In this document: positions 39,230 to 52,823 of the stretch, piece by piece
Position numbering within the stretch: position 1 is the stretch's first letter
Layout: every line of letters begins with the position of its first letter
Assembly (NCBI GenBank): GCA_028534125.1
Contig: CM052817.1
Span: 34,040,001-34,104,000 of the forward strand
Source: Lama glama
Taxonomy: Eukaryota
DNA length: 64,000 bases
Reading direction: 5' to 3'
Program-made: the position numbers and the translations under genes
Notes under the pieces: generated by a model
What the model saw: the letters and a program-made list of their open reading frames with translations, nothing else
The model's database searches: none
What the model was told of the DNA's origin: nothing

Positions 39230-39680
39230 TTTTCCAAATCACTACACAAATGGGCAGATAAAAGCAACAACGATTTTTTAATTTCTCATGACTATAGAGG
39301 CTGACTTGGCAGTTTTTTGGCTTCACGTATAGGGTCAGCTGTGCCTATAATCTCAGGGGGTTGATGGACTGAAATCTCCAGACTTGGTTCTCTCACATTT
39401 CTGCTAACTTGGTAAGGATGGCAGAAGACTGGGCTCTGCTGAGATGCTGGGATCACTGGGCCATTTTCTCTCTCTCTCCATGTAGTCTCAGGACCACTCC
39501 CTCTGCACATGGTCCTTCCAGCACGGTAGCTGGACTTGTTAAAACTGGCTCAACTGCAGATGGCACTTTTATTTCTCATGGCCCACAGATGCCCTATGCC
39601 AGAGGTCCCAGGTCTCTTGATCATCAATGGAAAAAGTAATAAGAGAGAAAAGTGCAGTCAGCTTTTCTAACCTCTGGATG
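39230..39680. mobile_element. Old MLT1 LTR fragment
   Basis: aaagcaacaacgattt...ctccatgtagtctcagg...tccttccagcacggtagctggactt. Confidence 0.55.
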
Positions 39681-40709
39681 GAGATTAATTCTGCAGTCAC
39701 TAGAGGATTACTTGGGGCATTCCTGGCCCCTCTTAGTTGGGACATATTCTCTAAGTATTTCTCCTTCCTAAAAGTGAGGGAAGAAAGGACTAGAAGGGAA
39801 GGGAAATGGAAATTTATTGAAACGGATTTGCTTGCAACTCTAACAAAAAGTTTGGTAAAGTAGCATGGCTATTAATTAAATAATGGTTTGGTATTTCCTC
39901 TGGATTTAAAAATACCCTGCACTTATATAGGTTTTATTTTTCAGGCTAGCAAAGCACTTTATCTTCAGCCTTTCAACATCCCCCAAAGGATAAAGAAGAT
40001 GTTTTCATTTTAATTTTATACATCTGATAGCAGATAAAGATGAACTCAATAATTTCTCCCAAAAGAAGGTAAAGATGAACTCAATAACTTCTCCCCAATT
40101 ATCCAGATAATAAAACCATCCATCTAGTTAGTCATCAATTAATTTTTAAAAATTATTCATTCTTTCAACATGTATTTATTATTACCACTATTTATCAATG
40201 ACCATTTTCAACTTATTTTTCTTGATTACCCAGGTCATGGGTATTCAGTAGTAAGATACCATACATGAGCAGAGACTAATCAAATAATCATGCATATTCA
40301 AATTTGATTATGACATGTAACACATAAATGGAAATATGATGCATACTTTAGGGATACATAATCTATCTCAGGGGGTCAGAAACAGCTTTCCCGAGACGTG
40401 GCATTGTGCTCGATGGTAAACTAGATGGAAAACTAGCAGAACACCCAGGGAGAAGACAGACCATGTACGTATGAAGCTCCAAGGCAGGAAAGAGCTCTAT
40501 ACCTTTGAGAAATGGCATGAAAGTCTGTGTGGCTGGAGGTTTCACAAACAGGTGAGGGAGTCGTGGATGTGGCTGGTGGGGCAGAAGGAGACCACATCCT
40601 GGCGGCCTTTATAGGTTACCCACATGACCTATATGTCCTTAGGTAAGTCTCTTAACCTTCTTAAGTCTCAGTTTTCTTAAAATGGGGATAATTTTCAATA
40701 TGCTAAAGC

Positions 40710-41680
40710 TTTAACCTTGACCTCTCCTCTAGGTTCTAGGTCATTCAATGCAATTTGACATATTCATTGAGAAGCCCAACAGGCAATACAACTCATTTTC
40801 AAAACAGAACGGTTGATTCCGGCAGCTCCATCCCCGGAAACTTCCTCCTCATCTATCTTCCCCTATTTCAGTGACCTCCTTCATCATCCACCCAATAGCT
40901 CAGATCAAGATCTCAGGAGTTAGCCTCCATTTGTCACTTTCCCTCATTTTCCATATAAATGTTGGCTCTGATACCAAAATAGATTCCAGATCCAACCACC
41001 TCTCACCATCTTCCTTGTTGTCACTGTAATCTAAGCCTATACTTCTTTCTTGTCTGAACCATTGCAATATAACCTCCTAGCTGTCTCCCTGTCTGCTCTA
41101 GCTCTTCTGCAATCCATTATCCACTCAGCAGCCAGAATGTTTTTTTTAAATGTGTATTTTCATATCATCCATCTACTTGAACATTCTGTAAGTTCCCACA
41201 GCATTAAAAATGAAATACACACTCCTAACCATGACATGTCCCCAGATGAGCCAGCCCCTGTCTGCCTCTCCAGTACCATCTAGTACTGCTTTGCTCACCA
41301 TGCTCCAGGCACGTTGACCTGTTTGCTTCTCACACATGGCTGATCTTTATGTTACTGGACCCTTCTCAGCAATTAACCTTCAGTTAAAAAATTACCTTCT
41401 CAGAAAGGTCTTCTATTCAATCTAATTCAGGCCTTCTCCAGCCTCCTACTGGAAACTTACTATCCCATTACCTCTCTTCAGCTTCTTAGTAGCAACCTCC
41501 ATTCTCTGAAATTATCTTATCCATTTACTCATTTCTTGCCAACTTCCGAATAGAAGCTCCATGGGATCAGAACCTTGTCCATCTCACCCTCCTCACTTAG
41601 CGGAGTGTCTTAGTACGGAGTAGGATCACGATACACAGTACAGTGGAGCAATCTCTTTGCTGACTGAGTGAATGACTATG
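40710..41680 (+). mobile_element. L2 LINE 3' region
   Basis: aataacctcctagctgtctccctg...tccactcagcagccagaatg...agaagctccatgggatcagaaccttgtc. Confidence 0.75.
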
Positions 41681-42000
41681 TGGATGAAACCATCTCACAG
41701 GGGTCTCACTCAGCCCAAGAGCCAGGATCATTTTGCCTGAACTGCATGGTCTGGTTTCACGGCTGAGACACACTGAAAGCTGCTCAGTTCTCAGATTAAA
41801 ACCAGCATTTTATTAGCATAGTTCAATTTCAGTTTTCAAGGCCCAAAATCCATTGCCTTTAGTATAGTTCAGGAACTGTTCTCAACATCATAGTCTATTT
41901 CAGGAAACTCATCAGAGTTCAGATATTCCACCTTGATGTGCGAGTTCCCATAAAAATGGGTAGCTTATACCCATGATCAGCTTTTTATGTATATTTGAGT

Positions 42001-42170
42001 TTACTGTATAGCACAGGGAAATATAAACAAGATCTTGTGGTAGCTCATAGCGAAAAAAAAATGTGACTGAATATATATATGTTCATATATAACTGAAAAA
42101 TTGTGCTCTACACTAGAATTTGACACAGCATTGTAAAATGACTATTACTCAATAAAAGTTAAAAAAAAAA
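42001..42170 (+). mobile_element. Young 5'-truncated L1 3' end with polyA
   Basis: ttactgtatagcacagggaaatata...ttgtaaaatgactattactcaataaaagttaaaaaaaaaa. Confidence 0.8.
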
Positions 42171-45100
42171 GGCCTCAGGAAGACCATCTCCCATGGAAGG
42201 GCATAAACTCTCATATGATGGCTTAAAATGTCTATGGATTGCCCAGTGGATGATTTGTAATTACAGATTATAGATTTAGTGAATAGGTCTTTCTGGGCTC
42301 TTTGAAACTTGTTTTATTGGGTTAATGGATAATATGTCTTTTACATAGACACACCGTAACTGCTCCTTTGGAGCAATTAAAGTTTACTGAACGGATGCCT
42401 GGCTCTGCTGTTTCATTGAAACAGCTTCAGCTCCTATTATAGCTGGTCAGAGTAGCAGGGAAAGGCCAGCCTGGTACTTAAGGCGGAAGCTGTTTTGCAT
42501 TAAGGTAGGTCCTAGCAGCTGCAGCCTGGGTAAAGGGAGTGAGGGAGACAATCCATCCTGCATTCCTGGAGGCTGTCCCAGCCCCCACCACCAGCCTGGG
42601 GCACTGTATAAACTATGGCTGCTTTCTTGGCAGGTGTGCACTGCCTCCCTGAGCTGGACCAAACTCGGCGCATCCTTCTCCAGGCAGGGTGCACCATTTT
42701 GCAGGTTTCAGTTCCAAGTATGTGTTCCCAAGCTGGTACCATGTCAGCATCACCTTTTCTTTTTTTCTTTATGACTCCTACTTTGAGAAGCACTTTTAAA
42801 TACTCATCCCAAAGTTCTCCTCATTGTTCAGGCTCACAAGAAGCATCTGGATGAGAGCCTGGTCTCTGGAGTCAGACAACTCTGGGTTCTGTTTTTGGTG
42901 TTTGCTAGCTGTGTGACCTTGGAAAAGTTACTTAAGCTCTCTGTAAACTAAGAAGAAGAATATTAGTAGTCCCCAAATTTTAATGGACCCTTGCTTAGTG
43001 TCGGGCAACACACTATTTGCACATACTTTTCTCTCTTAATACATACGAGACACATTGATTTATTTTAAAATTATCACCTGCGTTTTAAAGACGATGGAAA
43101 TGGCTTGGATGTTAAGTGGCTTGCGCAAGGCCGCAAACCTTATAAGTGAAAGATGCAGTTTGAACCAATGTCTGGGTGCGTGCTTAAACCGTGATGCCCC
43201 CCTGCTTCCTGACAGCAGCCATCTCATGGGATTGTTTTGCAAATTTGATAATGTTCATAAAGCACTTAGCACAGAGCTAAATCAATGCTCAATAAATACA
43301 GGCTATTATCCTTTGTGTTCCTTTTCTTCTCATTTCCTGCGGAAGTCTTCCTTGACTCTTCCCTGACCAGCTCAGTGAGCTCCTTTGGGTTCCGGTCACT
43401 TTGTACCTATTTTCATCTATCACATTTGAACTATCACTATTTGTTTACCTGCCTGTCTGCGCTGCTGGACTGTGGTCTCTTCAAAGCAGGCAGTTGGCCT
43501 TATTCAGGACCAAGCATAGTGTAGGGGCTCAGGGAAAATATTTTAAATAAACTGCAGTGAGAAGATGGACTGTGTCCTTCATGGACAACAGCTATGTGTG
43601 ATGACCCAGAGCCCTGGGAGACAGCCCAGCCAACTGGGGACCTGCTGGTGGGGTAGCATGGCTGGGAATAGAGGCGGACAGAGGTGGGTGGTGACACAGG
43701 GGAAGAATTACAAGTGATGATACTGGGCAATGTTCCGGCATGGACTGTATCTCAAGAGCAGTGGGGGGCAGCGGATGTGCTTTAAGCAGGAGAACTGTAG
43801 GACTGAATTTGGTTCAGAAGGGTCACTCTGAGTGAAGCATGGAGAATGCACTCAGGGTGGTGTGGAGCAGGGGTCAGACCAGAGGCAGGGAGTCCACTTA
43901 GGGATCTGTTGCAGAGGCCCAGGCAAGAGACGATGGGGACCTGGGTCAGGAGTGGTCCTGGGGTGGAGTTTCAGGTGGTGGCAAAGAAAGAGTGGATTCC
44001 CAGGGTCCAGCAGGACCTGGGGCTCTTCAGAAGTTTGAAAAACATCCTTTTCCCCTTTCAATAACAGGTGAGAACCTTAAATAGCTATAGTTTGGGGATA
44101 CCATTTGTCGTGTGTGATCTGTAATATAAACAGATTGTTTTCTCATCAGTTTCCAAGGCCAAACCATGGGAAATAGAAAGCTATGGACTAGCCTGCTCTG
44201 AGGCAATCTGTCCATCTCAAAATACTGAAGAGAATTAGAGAACTTCTTGTAGGTTCCAGGGACACTGATACCCAGGCTACCAGTCTGCTGACTGCTGTGA
44301 AGAAGGAAATCAAAGGAAAACAAATATCCTATGCCTTGGTCTTCGCCAGTGACCTCCACCTGGTCTGATCTCTCTCCTAGAAGACAACCTCCAGTCATTC
44401 TGACCTTTTCCCTAACATAGTTTCTGATACTCTTGCTTTTTCAAATCTAGGTCAACAAGAAGACAAGAAGGATGGAGACTTTCATCAAACCCCTGGGGAA
44501 AGTTTTAGGCTGCATCAGACACAGCCCCTCCTTCCCAATATCCACATGCAGTTCAGAGAGTGACGTCTCTCTTGAGTGCAGCTGAGAACCGTATGTGTTA
44601 GGTGCCTGCTGAGCTTTTCTCCTTTTTCTATCCCTTAAAATAATCGCAAGCCACTCCGACCCTCCAAGGGCATGTGCTCTTTCAATACTCATACCCCTGT
44701 GGCTTTCCCTTTGGCTTTGTGCTTTGGAGGAGAAGTCAGTTAGGAAAGAGGACAAAAGGCCAGACAGGAGGTGGTTGAGTTTATGAAGCCTAAGTCGGCA
44801 ACATGAGCACGTAGCTCAGTCGAGGGACTGGTTTACTCCCCCGGGGACAAGCTGGGTCAATTTCATTCCTTGCTGAGCCTCTGAGTGCCCTGGAGCCCAG
44901 TTACAAGCCTTGTGAAAATTGCCCACGTGTTGTCCAAGGAATGCTCCTTCTGCAAGTTTAGCTTAATAGACTGGAGAGAATGCCCTTTGCTTCAAAGAGA
45001 TGATGCTGGATCTAAAGTTTGAAATTTTATAATACAGGGTTTAATGGTCTATGAAGCATTTTGTATATGTTATCATAAGTCTTCTCCCTATAGATCCTGT

Positions 45101-45219
45101 GACATGGTTATTATGGGGTCCATTTAACAGATGAAAAGACTGAGACTTAGAGAATATATTTCCAAAGGTCACACGGCAATTAGGCAGTTGATAAAGAATT
45201 AAATTTAGAGTCTCTCAAC

Positions 45220-46165
45220 TTATCAAATATTTCATCGGTGCCTAAAAGGGTCAGACAATGTCTCAGGCACTGGGAATACAATGTTGATCAAAGGGTTAAG
45301 GATTTTTCCCTTTCGGTGATTCCAGTCCAGTTGAGGAGGCATTCATTAGACAAAGAAGTGTCATAGAAAATGATAAATATGAGTAAGAGATATGAAGGAA
45401 AAACACAGGGTATTAGGAGAAAATGTAGCAAGGACATATTTAGATATGGTATGTGTTTGTGTGTATGATGGTGGTGGGGACGTGTGTTATCTCTGAAGAC
45501 CAACTATAACATATGAGACCTGAGAAATACAGAGAAGGAATTGGGAGAAGAGTCGGGGAAGGGGTATCAGCAGGAAGTGACAGCAAGTGCAAAGGCCCTT
45601 AGGCAGGACAAACTTGGTGTATCTGAAGATCTGAAAAAGTCTGAGTAAGTCGGGCTGGAATGGAGTAAGCCAGGAAGAGAGGGATATAAAATGAGATCGG
45701 ATTATTGGTAGGCTTGGCTGGATCATGTAGAGCACTTAGCCATGGGTTTTATTCTAAATGTGATGAGAAAACACTGAGGAATTTCAAGCAACGAAGTTGG
45801 CTTGGTTTTGCATATTAAGGTGATCATTCTAAATGCTCAGTTGATATTAGACTGTAGGGGACATCTTCCCTTTTTCCTCCCGCGTCTCTTGCACCCTATT
45901 CTACTCTGCACACCCAGTCACTAACAGCCCCCTCCCCAAAAAACGCTTTTCCATCTCATTTAGCTTTTCGCCTCTCCCTCAGTATTGGCTTCTCTCTCTG
46001 CCTTCTTTCCCATAACCTCCAACCTGTGGTCTTCTTTTTCCTTTGTCCATTATCCAGTTCTGTATTATGGATGTCAGGGGATTCAATTGACAGAGGCAGG
46101 GAGGCCAATTAGGAGGAGGATATTGCAACAGTCCAGGGGAAAGATGATGGCCTGATATCTTCAAA
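45220..46165 (-). mobile_element. L2 LINE fragment interrupted by local duplication
   Basis: acagcaagtgcaaaggcccttaggcagga...agactgtagggg[insert]gcagggaggccaattaggagg. Confidence 0.75.
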
Positions 46166-47819
46166 TCCTGGAATTGCTGGCTCCAGTGTGTATTGTAGTT
46201 GTAATTCTAGAGAACTGGCTGACAGTTGAGAAGGGGTATCCTTTGCTATATTTTAAAATCACCCTTGAGTTTTCTCTACTTACTAGGTGTCAAGGGACAG
46301 TGGAACCCTTGACACATTCAAGAATCAACAAAGCTTGCAGCCACACAGTTCCAGGATTAAGACCATCTCTTCAAGATCTAAGAGGCTGCATAAAATGCCA
46401 TGCACATGACATTTGTAAAGGAAACTGAACTTTTTCTAACTGGTCCTCACTCAATAAAGGACACTCTATCACTTTTACTAGCTTTATGAGAGTGAACAAA
46501 TTACTTAACATCTCTGAACCTAACCTCTCTGTGAAAGGATAAAAGTGATATTTTTCTCAAAGAATCATATTAGAATGACATTAGATTTAGAATTAGATCA
46601 CATGAAGATTAAATGAGATAATACATGTAAAACACTTACATGATGCCTAACAGAATAAGCATTCTGTTTTCAATAAATGGTAGCTATCATAATTATTAAT
46701 AATGATACTTTTACAGTATAAATGGAATAAAATTAGGTACCAACATCACTTCCATGGAATAATTAATTTCTGTCCCCAGGCAAGGTATTGATACTTGTAG
46801 CTTAACTTATGAAACATTACATTTCCCATCACCCCAAATTATTTAAAAATGCTTTGAAATTCCTGAATGAAAGAAATTACAAAAATATAAAATATTATTA
46901 TTCTAAAGAGAAAGTTGATCCTACAGAGCGAGACTTCCCCTAATGACTATAAGCCATCTTTAGAGTAGCCTGTTTTATTAGCAAACTGAACAGCCGGCAG
47001 TATTGAACACAATTAGAGATTCTGCTTTCAAAACCAAACATTAATTGGATTTCTGAATGCCACTGGAACTACAGAAGAGACAGTACTTCTAACTCTAAAA
47101 CCTACTTACTTTCAGCGCAGCACAGGAATTTTACATCTTTGATAGTCTCCCAGTGGCTTCAGGTAAGCCTGGAACTAAAGCATTAGCTTCTCAGTGGAGG
47201 AAGAATGTATCACATATCAAACGCACAGGGCTGCCATTTAGCTCTTTCCAATTCTGCTGAAATGGCTGCCCTTTGAAAAATTCATCTGATGAGAGAGTAC
47301 TGGAGGGGAAATTCCTGGGAATGTCATTCTCTCTAAACCTCAGTGGTCTGAGCTTAATCCAAAGACAACTCAGAAGTTCCTATATTTACCTGAACTCTGG
47401 TATGCAAACTATATGCCTCCTTGACCCACATGGAACAGTTTCTAGGAAAGAGACTTCTATCCAAAGATTTATAGATCAGTCAAAAGTAATCAAGAAGGAA
47501 CTCAGCCTTTAAGTTGCATCGCTTTATAAAAAGGTTATGAGGATCCAACTTACAACTGAACAACACCTCTCATCTCCCATTTTATTCTCCCCCAAGTCTC
47601 TTGCATCCCCTACTGCTCTCCACTCCCAGTCACTAACAGTCCCTTCCCCAGATAGCGCTTCTCCATCTCATTTAGCTTTTTGTCTCTCCCTTAGTATTTA
47701 GATCAACTTGGTTTCTCTCTCTGCCTTCTTTCCCATAACCTCCAACCTGTGGTCTTCTTTTTTCTTTGCCCATTATCCAGTTCGTAGTATGGATGTCAAA
47801 GGATTCAACTGACAGAGGC
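45862..47819 (+). repeat. Dispersed direct duplication ~240 bp (45862-46097 and 47571-47819)
   Basis: Shared tracts e.g. tctctctctgccttctttcccataacctccaacctgtggtcttcttttt identical in both copies. Confidence 0.95.
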
Positions 47820-50800
47820 TAAGTATCCACAGGGGACAAAAATGTTCCATCCTAATAAGGGCTTGATATTCGGTCCTGTGAGCTGCTGAATATTTCACTG
47901 GAATATATAGTACATTGTGGGTGTGGAGCTTGGATCATTAAGTTCCTTGTGGATTGTTCCAGTCTGGACACAGTCCCCTTGTCCTGTATGGCAAGAATTG
48001 GAATGGGACATGGAAGGAAGAAGGGGAGGGAGCTGTGAGTGAAGCTGGCTGTGTCAATCCTAGTTGAAGTTTAGAAATATGGAAGATAGTATCAGCCATC
48101 AGCGGAGGTGCTGAGCAAGGAGAAAAACGGAGAGGAGAGAAAGGAGTAGAGGAGAAAAGGGATGCTGAACAATGAAGAGGGTCCAAGTGGGTGGGGCAAG
48201 AAGGGGAGAAGAGAAGAAATAAGGTGCAGAGAGAGGTGAGGGACCCTTCCAGAAATTCCACAATCAGCGACTCATTTGCTTCTGACAGGAGTCACTTGAC
48301 TCGTGGTCCAGAGAACTGCAGCGTAGGTGATATGCCAGGAGACTTGGGACTGTGATCAAAGATGTTTCTTGGCTGTTGAATAGTTGAATTAGCCTCCTAA
48401 GAATATGGTCCCAGATAATGAGCAGGTGTGACACACTTCTCTGTTACCCACACCCATGTGATTATGCTTTAGAAACTTGCCAGGGTCTCTGCCCGAGCTC
48501 CTGAGACATCCCAGAATACCTACTTCTGTGGCTGAGTTAATAGAGATTAAGGTGAGGTTTAGACATTGTCTCTCATTCAAAGTAGGTCAAGACTCCATGA
48601 CTAACATTCTTGAATGGACTGCCTGCCTTTTTTTTTTCCAAGGTTGGAAGAAACCTTGGAGATCTTCCCAAAAAACTTCCTCCCTTTTACAAATGAGAAA
48701 ATGAGGGGCAGAGCAACAAGTTAAAAAAATTTACTTCTGAGGTTGCATCCACAGCTTTGCATCTCTGAAAGAGGGAGAAGTGAACTCTGTGGTACCTCAA
48801 TGTGTATTAACAGGGTAGGACTACCAATGGATAGCAGAGGGCAGAACACTTCCCTTTCCATTAGCCTTTTCAATCCTCAGAACAATACAGAGACAAGGAC
48901 CAATGGGGCAGACCCATTTCACAGATGAGGAAACTGAGTTCAGACTGTTACAAATGCACAGATAATAGGGAGAGAGACTTCCTGCTTCAGACACTATTTT
49001 GCAGATGAAATGCTTATGCCATTCCAACAGTCTGCTTCCTTCTTAACTTGTGTGAATGGTTTTCTTTACCTGGGTTCCAATCTCTGTGCTGCTGCTAAAG
49101 TTGAACGGTTCAAAGTGGAGCCATTTTGATTTATCAATGCTTAATTTTAATATTGACAATAAAGAGGCCTTCATAGTGTCCACCATTGATAGAATCACTC
49201 AAATGCACATTGCTCAGTAGAGAGACCATTCAAGAGTCAGGGACAGGGTGAGGGTAGGATGCTGAGAAGGAAAAGAACCTTTCTTCCCACTGGGTCATTC
49301 TTCCTGCTTCACAGCTTTGGTTGCTGCTTCCCCCAGGGTGGTCCTTTGGCGCCCACTTTAGTGAGGGCATCAGGAGGAAGATGGTGCGGTGTGTTGGTAC
49401 CGCACATTGTCATGCTGGTGGCCAATGGGTAGCCAAATAGGGTGGAGCAAATATCATCCTTCTTCCACTTAAGCTCCCACCAAAGGCCCCTCTTTAGCAA
49501 GCACTGCCTAAATACCCTGAGCGCCATGCTGAGCTCCAGGAAACCTGAAGAGGAGTCTGGTCTGTATCTCCTCTGATAACATTTTCCACACATGCGGTAA
49601 GGTAAAAGCCTTCATGATACATAAATGTTCCCAGTATTTCTGTTAGCGCCATCCTCTACCGATTAAGAGGATGCTGTCTTTGGCGGCTCAGTTTTTCCCC
49701 TCTCTGACTGACCCCCTCAGGGGACCAGCTAGGGCTCTTACTTTAACACAGATTGTTCCAAAGCTCCCCAGACTACCCACAGCGGTGTTTAAATATTGTC
49801 TTTTCCTGACTCCTCAGTTGTCCTGCTTCTCTCAAACTCCCTACTTTCTGCTCCAAGTTATCATCCTTTTTTTTTCTTTTTTAAGTCATTAGGTCAAAAT
49901 TCCCTTTCTTTACTGGGCATGTGCAAAGGAGGAAAACTCGATGACTTTTTCTGCCGCCCCCAGCTAAGTGTAGATTCAAGACGGCTCAGCATTGGTAGTG
50001 GAGAGAGCCTTGGAGAAGGATCCTCATCCAATAAACCTGAGCTGTTGTTTTTGGATCACACCCCGTGAATTGATTTATTGTCTGAAGTGATGAAAAAGGG
50101 TGTTTGGAGACTTGGAGGAGAGTTTCGTTCCACAGTGATGCCCCCGCAGTCAGGCAACAGTCTTCTGAGCAATTCGGAGCTAGGAAATGTGGGGTTATTT
50201 TGGTAGCTGTCAGCAGGAATTGGCTAGAGTTTGTATGTTAAATAAATACAAACTGCCTATTTAATTATTTAACAACGAGAACAAACGTCCCACTGTTGGC
50301 GAGTGAGAAACAGCCAACACTCCAACTATGTAAAATCCCATCTCGTTAGTTCCCATGATGTGATGTGACCCCACTTGCACCCACAGGCTTGGCTTCAACC
50401 CTCCAGGGCATCTTATCGCTGTTTTATTGGAGTTTGTTGGAACTGGAGTACGTCTCCTTAAGCAAGGAAAGGCTGGGGAACGGAGAGTAAGTTAACCTCC
50501 AAACGGGTTCCAAGGCAACTGCTGTGTTGAAACTTCACTTGGGTTCCACGGGCTGTTTTTGTTTTTGTTTTTTCTGCCTCTGCCAAATTGTTGACATCCT
50601 TGCCTCCTGGAAACTGCTGAATTTGAGCAACCAGGGGCAAGAAGTCGCTCCTTAATTTAGGAATGACTACAGCAAGAATTCAAACTCTTTGTTTTTGAGA
50701 AAATAGCTGGGATACTATGCAGATTTTACTAGTTGCTTTAAAAGAGCCTCAAGATTAATTACGTAACCATCTAGAAGCAGACTGCGCTAACTAGAATTTG

Positions 50801-50872
50801 TGTGACCTAAAGCATTGAATGCTAGGAGACTGTTTGGTTCTTACCTATACCAACAACCCTTTTTGTTTGGGA

Positions 50873-50873
50873 T

Positions 50874-50905
<32 letters not shown>

Positions 50906-50906
50906 A
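50873..50906. repeat. (TG)11(CG)4(CA)2 microsatellite
   Basis: Directly visible. Confidence 0.95.
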
Positions 50907-51835
50907 AGTAAATAAAAATAAAATTTGCTTATGTGATATAATAAAATTTTTGTCATGTTGTATATACATTTTTAAATTTTGGAACCTAGACGACAACTGA
51001 TAAGAATTTAATATGAAAAAAATGGCAATTTATAGTCAAGAAGAAGAGACTAGCCCACATGAATCTATACAAGTGAACTGGGAGGTAGAGGAGAGGGGAG
51101 ACAAGTCAAGAAATGAAGGGAAGGAGAGAAGAGAGAACAGAAAACATCAAAACTAGGGGAGTCCTGAGAGCCAGAGCTAAGCCTCGTGCTTCTTGCTAGT
51201 ATCTTCCTGCAACTTTAAAGGGCAGAAAGCAAGTCGGAGGGATCGTCTGCATGCAGGTGTCCGTTTCTGCAGCACGTTCCATTCTTGGTGTCTAGCAAAT
51301 TGATTGGGCTTTAACCGTGTTTTCCGTGCAGTCCTACTTTTTGATTTGGGCTGAAAATTATGACTGAGCTTTGTGAAGCTGCAAAGTTGCGGGGAGCCTC
51401 CGCCTCAGCCCCCACGTGGTGAAGCCCAGCCCTGGTGGTCTTCACTTCCGCATCCTCGGCAGACGCAGCCTCGACTGTAGTTAGCACCTGCTCGTACCGA
51501 TGTCTCAGCTCAGAGCCCCTTCCTCAGGCTGGGCCGGACCCCCTTTCTTACACATCCTCATGACCCCTGTGCTTTTCATTTGTAGCATGTACTCCAGACT
51601 CGAATTATATATTTAGTTTGCAATTATTCATTTAATGTTTTCTTCCCAGTTAGACTGCCAGCTTCATGAGAGCTGCGGCCACACCTGTACCCCTTACCCT
51701 TGTTGAGACAGCACCTTCTCAGTGCCTAGTACCTAGTAATTACTCAATCAATATTTTAATGAATGACAACGCTACTACATGGAGACATATATAGACATAT
51801 ATGCATATATTACTATAACATAGAATGCATAAATA

Positions 51836-52823
51836 TAGTTGACCCGTGAACAATACGGAGGTTGGGGTGCCAGCCTCTGCATAGCTGAACATCTGCAAAT
51901 AGCTTTCGATGCCCCCAAAACTTAACCACTAACAGCCTACTGTTGACAGGAAGCCTTACCAATAACATAAACAGTCAATTAACACATATTTTGTCTGTTA
52001 TATGTAGTGTATGCTGTATTCTTAAATAAAGTAAGCTAGAGGAAAGCAAATGTTATTATGGAAACCGTAAGGAAGAGAAAATGCATTTACACTGCCAGAC
52101 TGTCTTTATCAATACTGTTTACAAGACGAATCGACTGTCAGTACCGACATCAATGCAGTCTTATATGATGCAAAACAGTGTAGACGTCCTATGTATTACC
52201 AACACTGGACATGAAAATGAAAAGATAATAGGAAAAGGAAATTGATGTTCCTTTTTAAGGATAACGATTCTTGCACTGATAATGAAGCAGCAGCAATATG
52301 ACTGCTTTGTGGTTCCTGCTTAACATGATAGCTGCATGGTAGCCTCGCCTATACATTAATGAATGAATCATTATAAAATTTTTATGGCATACAGTATCAC
52401 TGTCATATATATTCACAATACAGTACTGGGACCACTGTTACTTTTTTTAGAAAACCACTTACCTGTGATCATAGGCTGATGGGCAGTTTCTCCAATTACC
52501 AGAGAGAGAGGCACACCGTATGGTAACATAATTCTTTGAAAGCAAAGTTAGAAAACAGTAAGAAAACTGAAACATTATTCATTTTACATTAAATATCACC
52601 CGCCTTATGCCTAGGTAAGGGTAGACTAGTATTTGCATATATTTTATACATTCATGCCATATCTTTTTCTTAATTTTTTTGATACTTCTAGGCTATGCAG
52701 TTTGTCTGTTAGTTTGTTCAAATTGTCACAAATCTCCAATAAATTCTCCAGTATATTTCTTGATAAAAAACACATATAAGTGGACTTGCATAGTTCAAAC
52801 CTGTATTGTTCAAGGGTCAACTG
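51836..52823. mobile_element. Tigger2-family non-autonomous DNA transposon with both TIRs
   Basis: ta|tagttgacccgtgaacaa ... ttgttcaagggtcaactg; internal aacagcctactgttgacaggaagccttacc. Confidence 0.85.

Noticed and set aside
40035..40095. Repeat-spacer-repeat resembling CRISPR
   Set aside because: Only two units, 9-bp spacer, mammalian context, no cas genes
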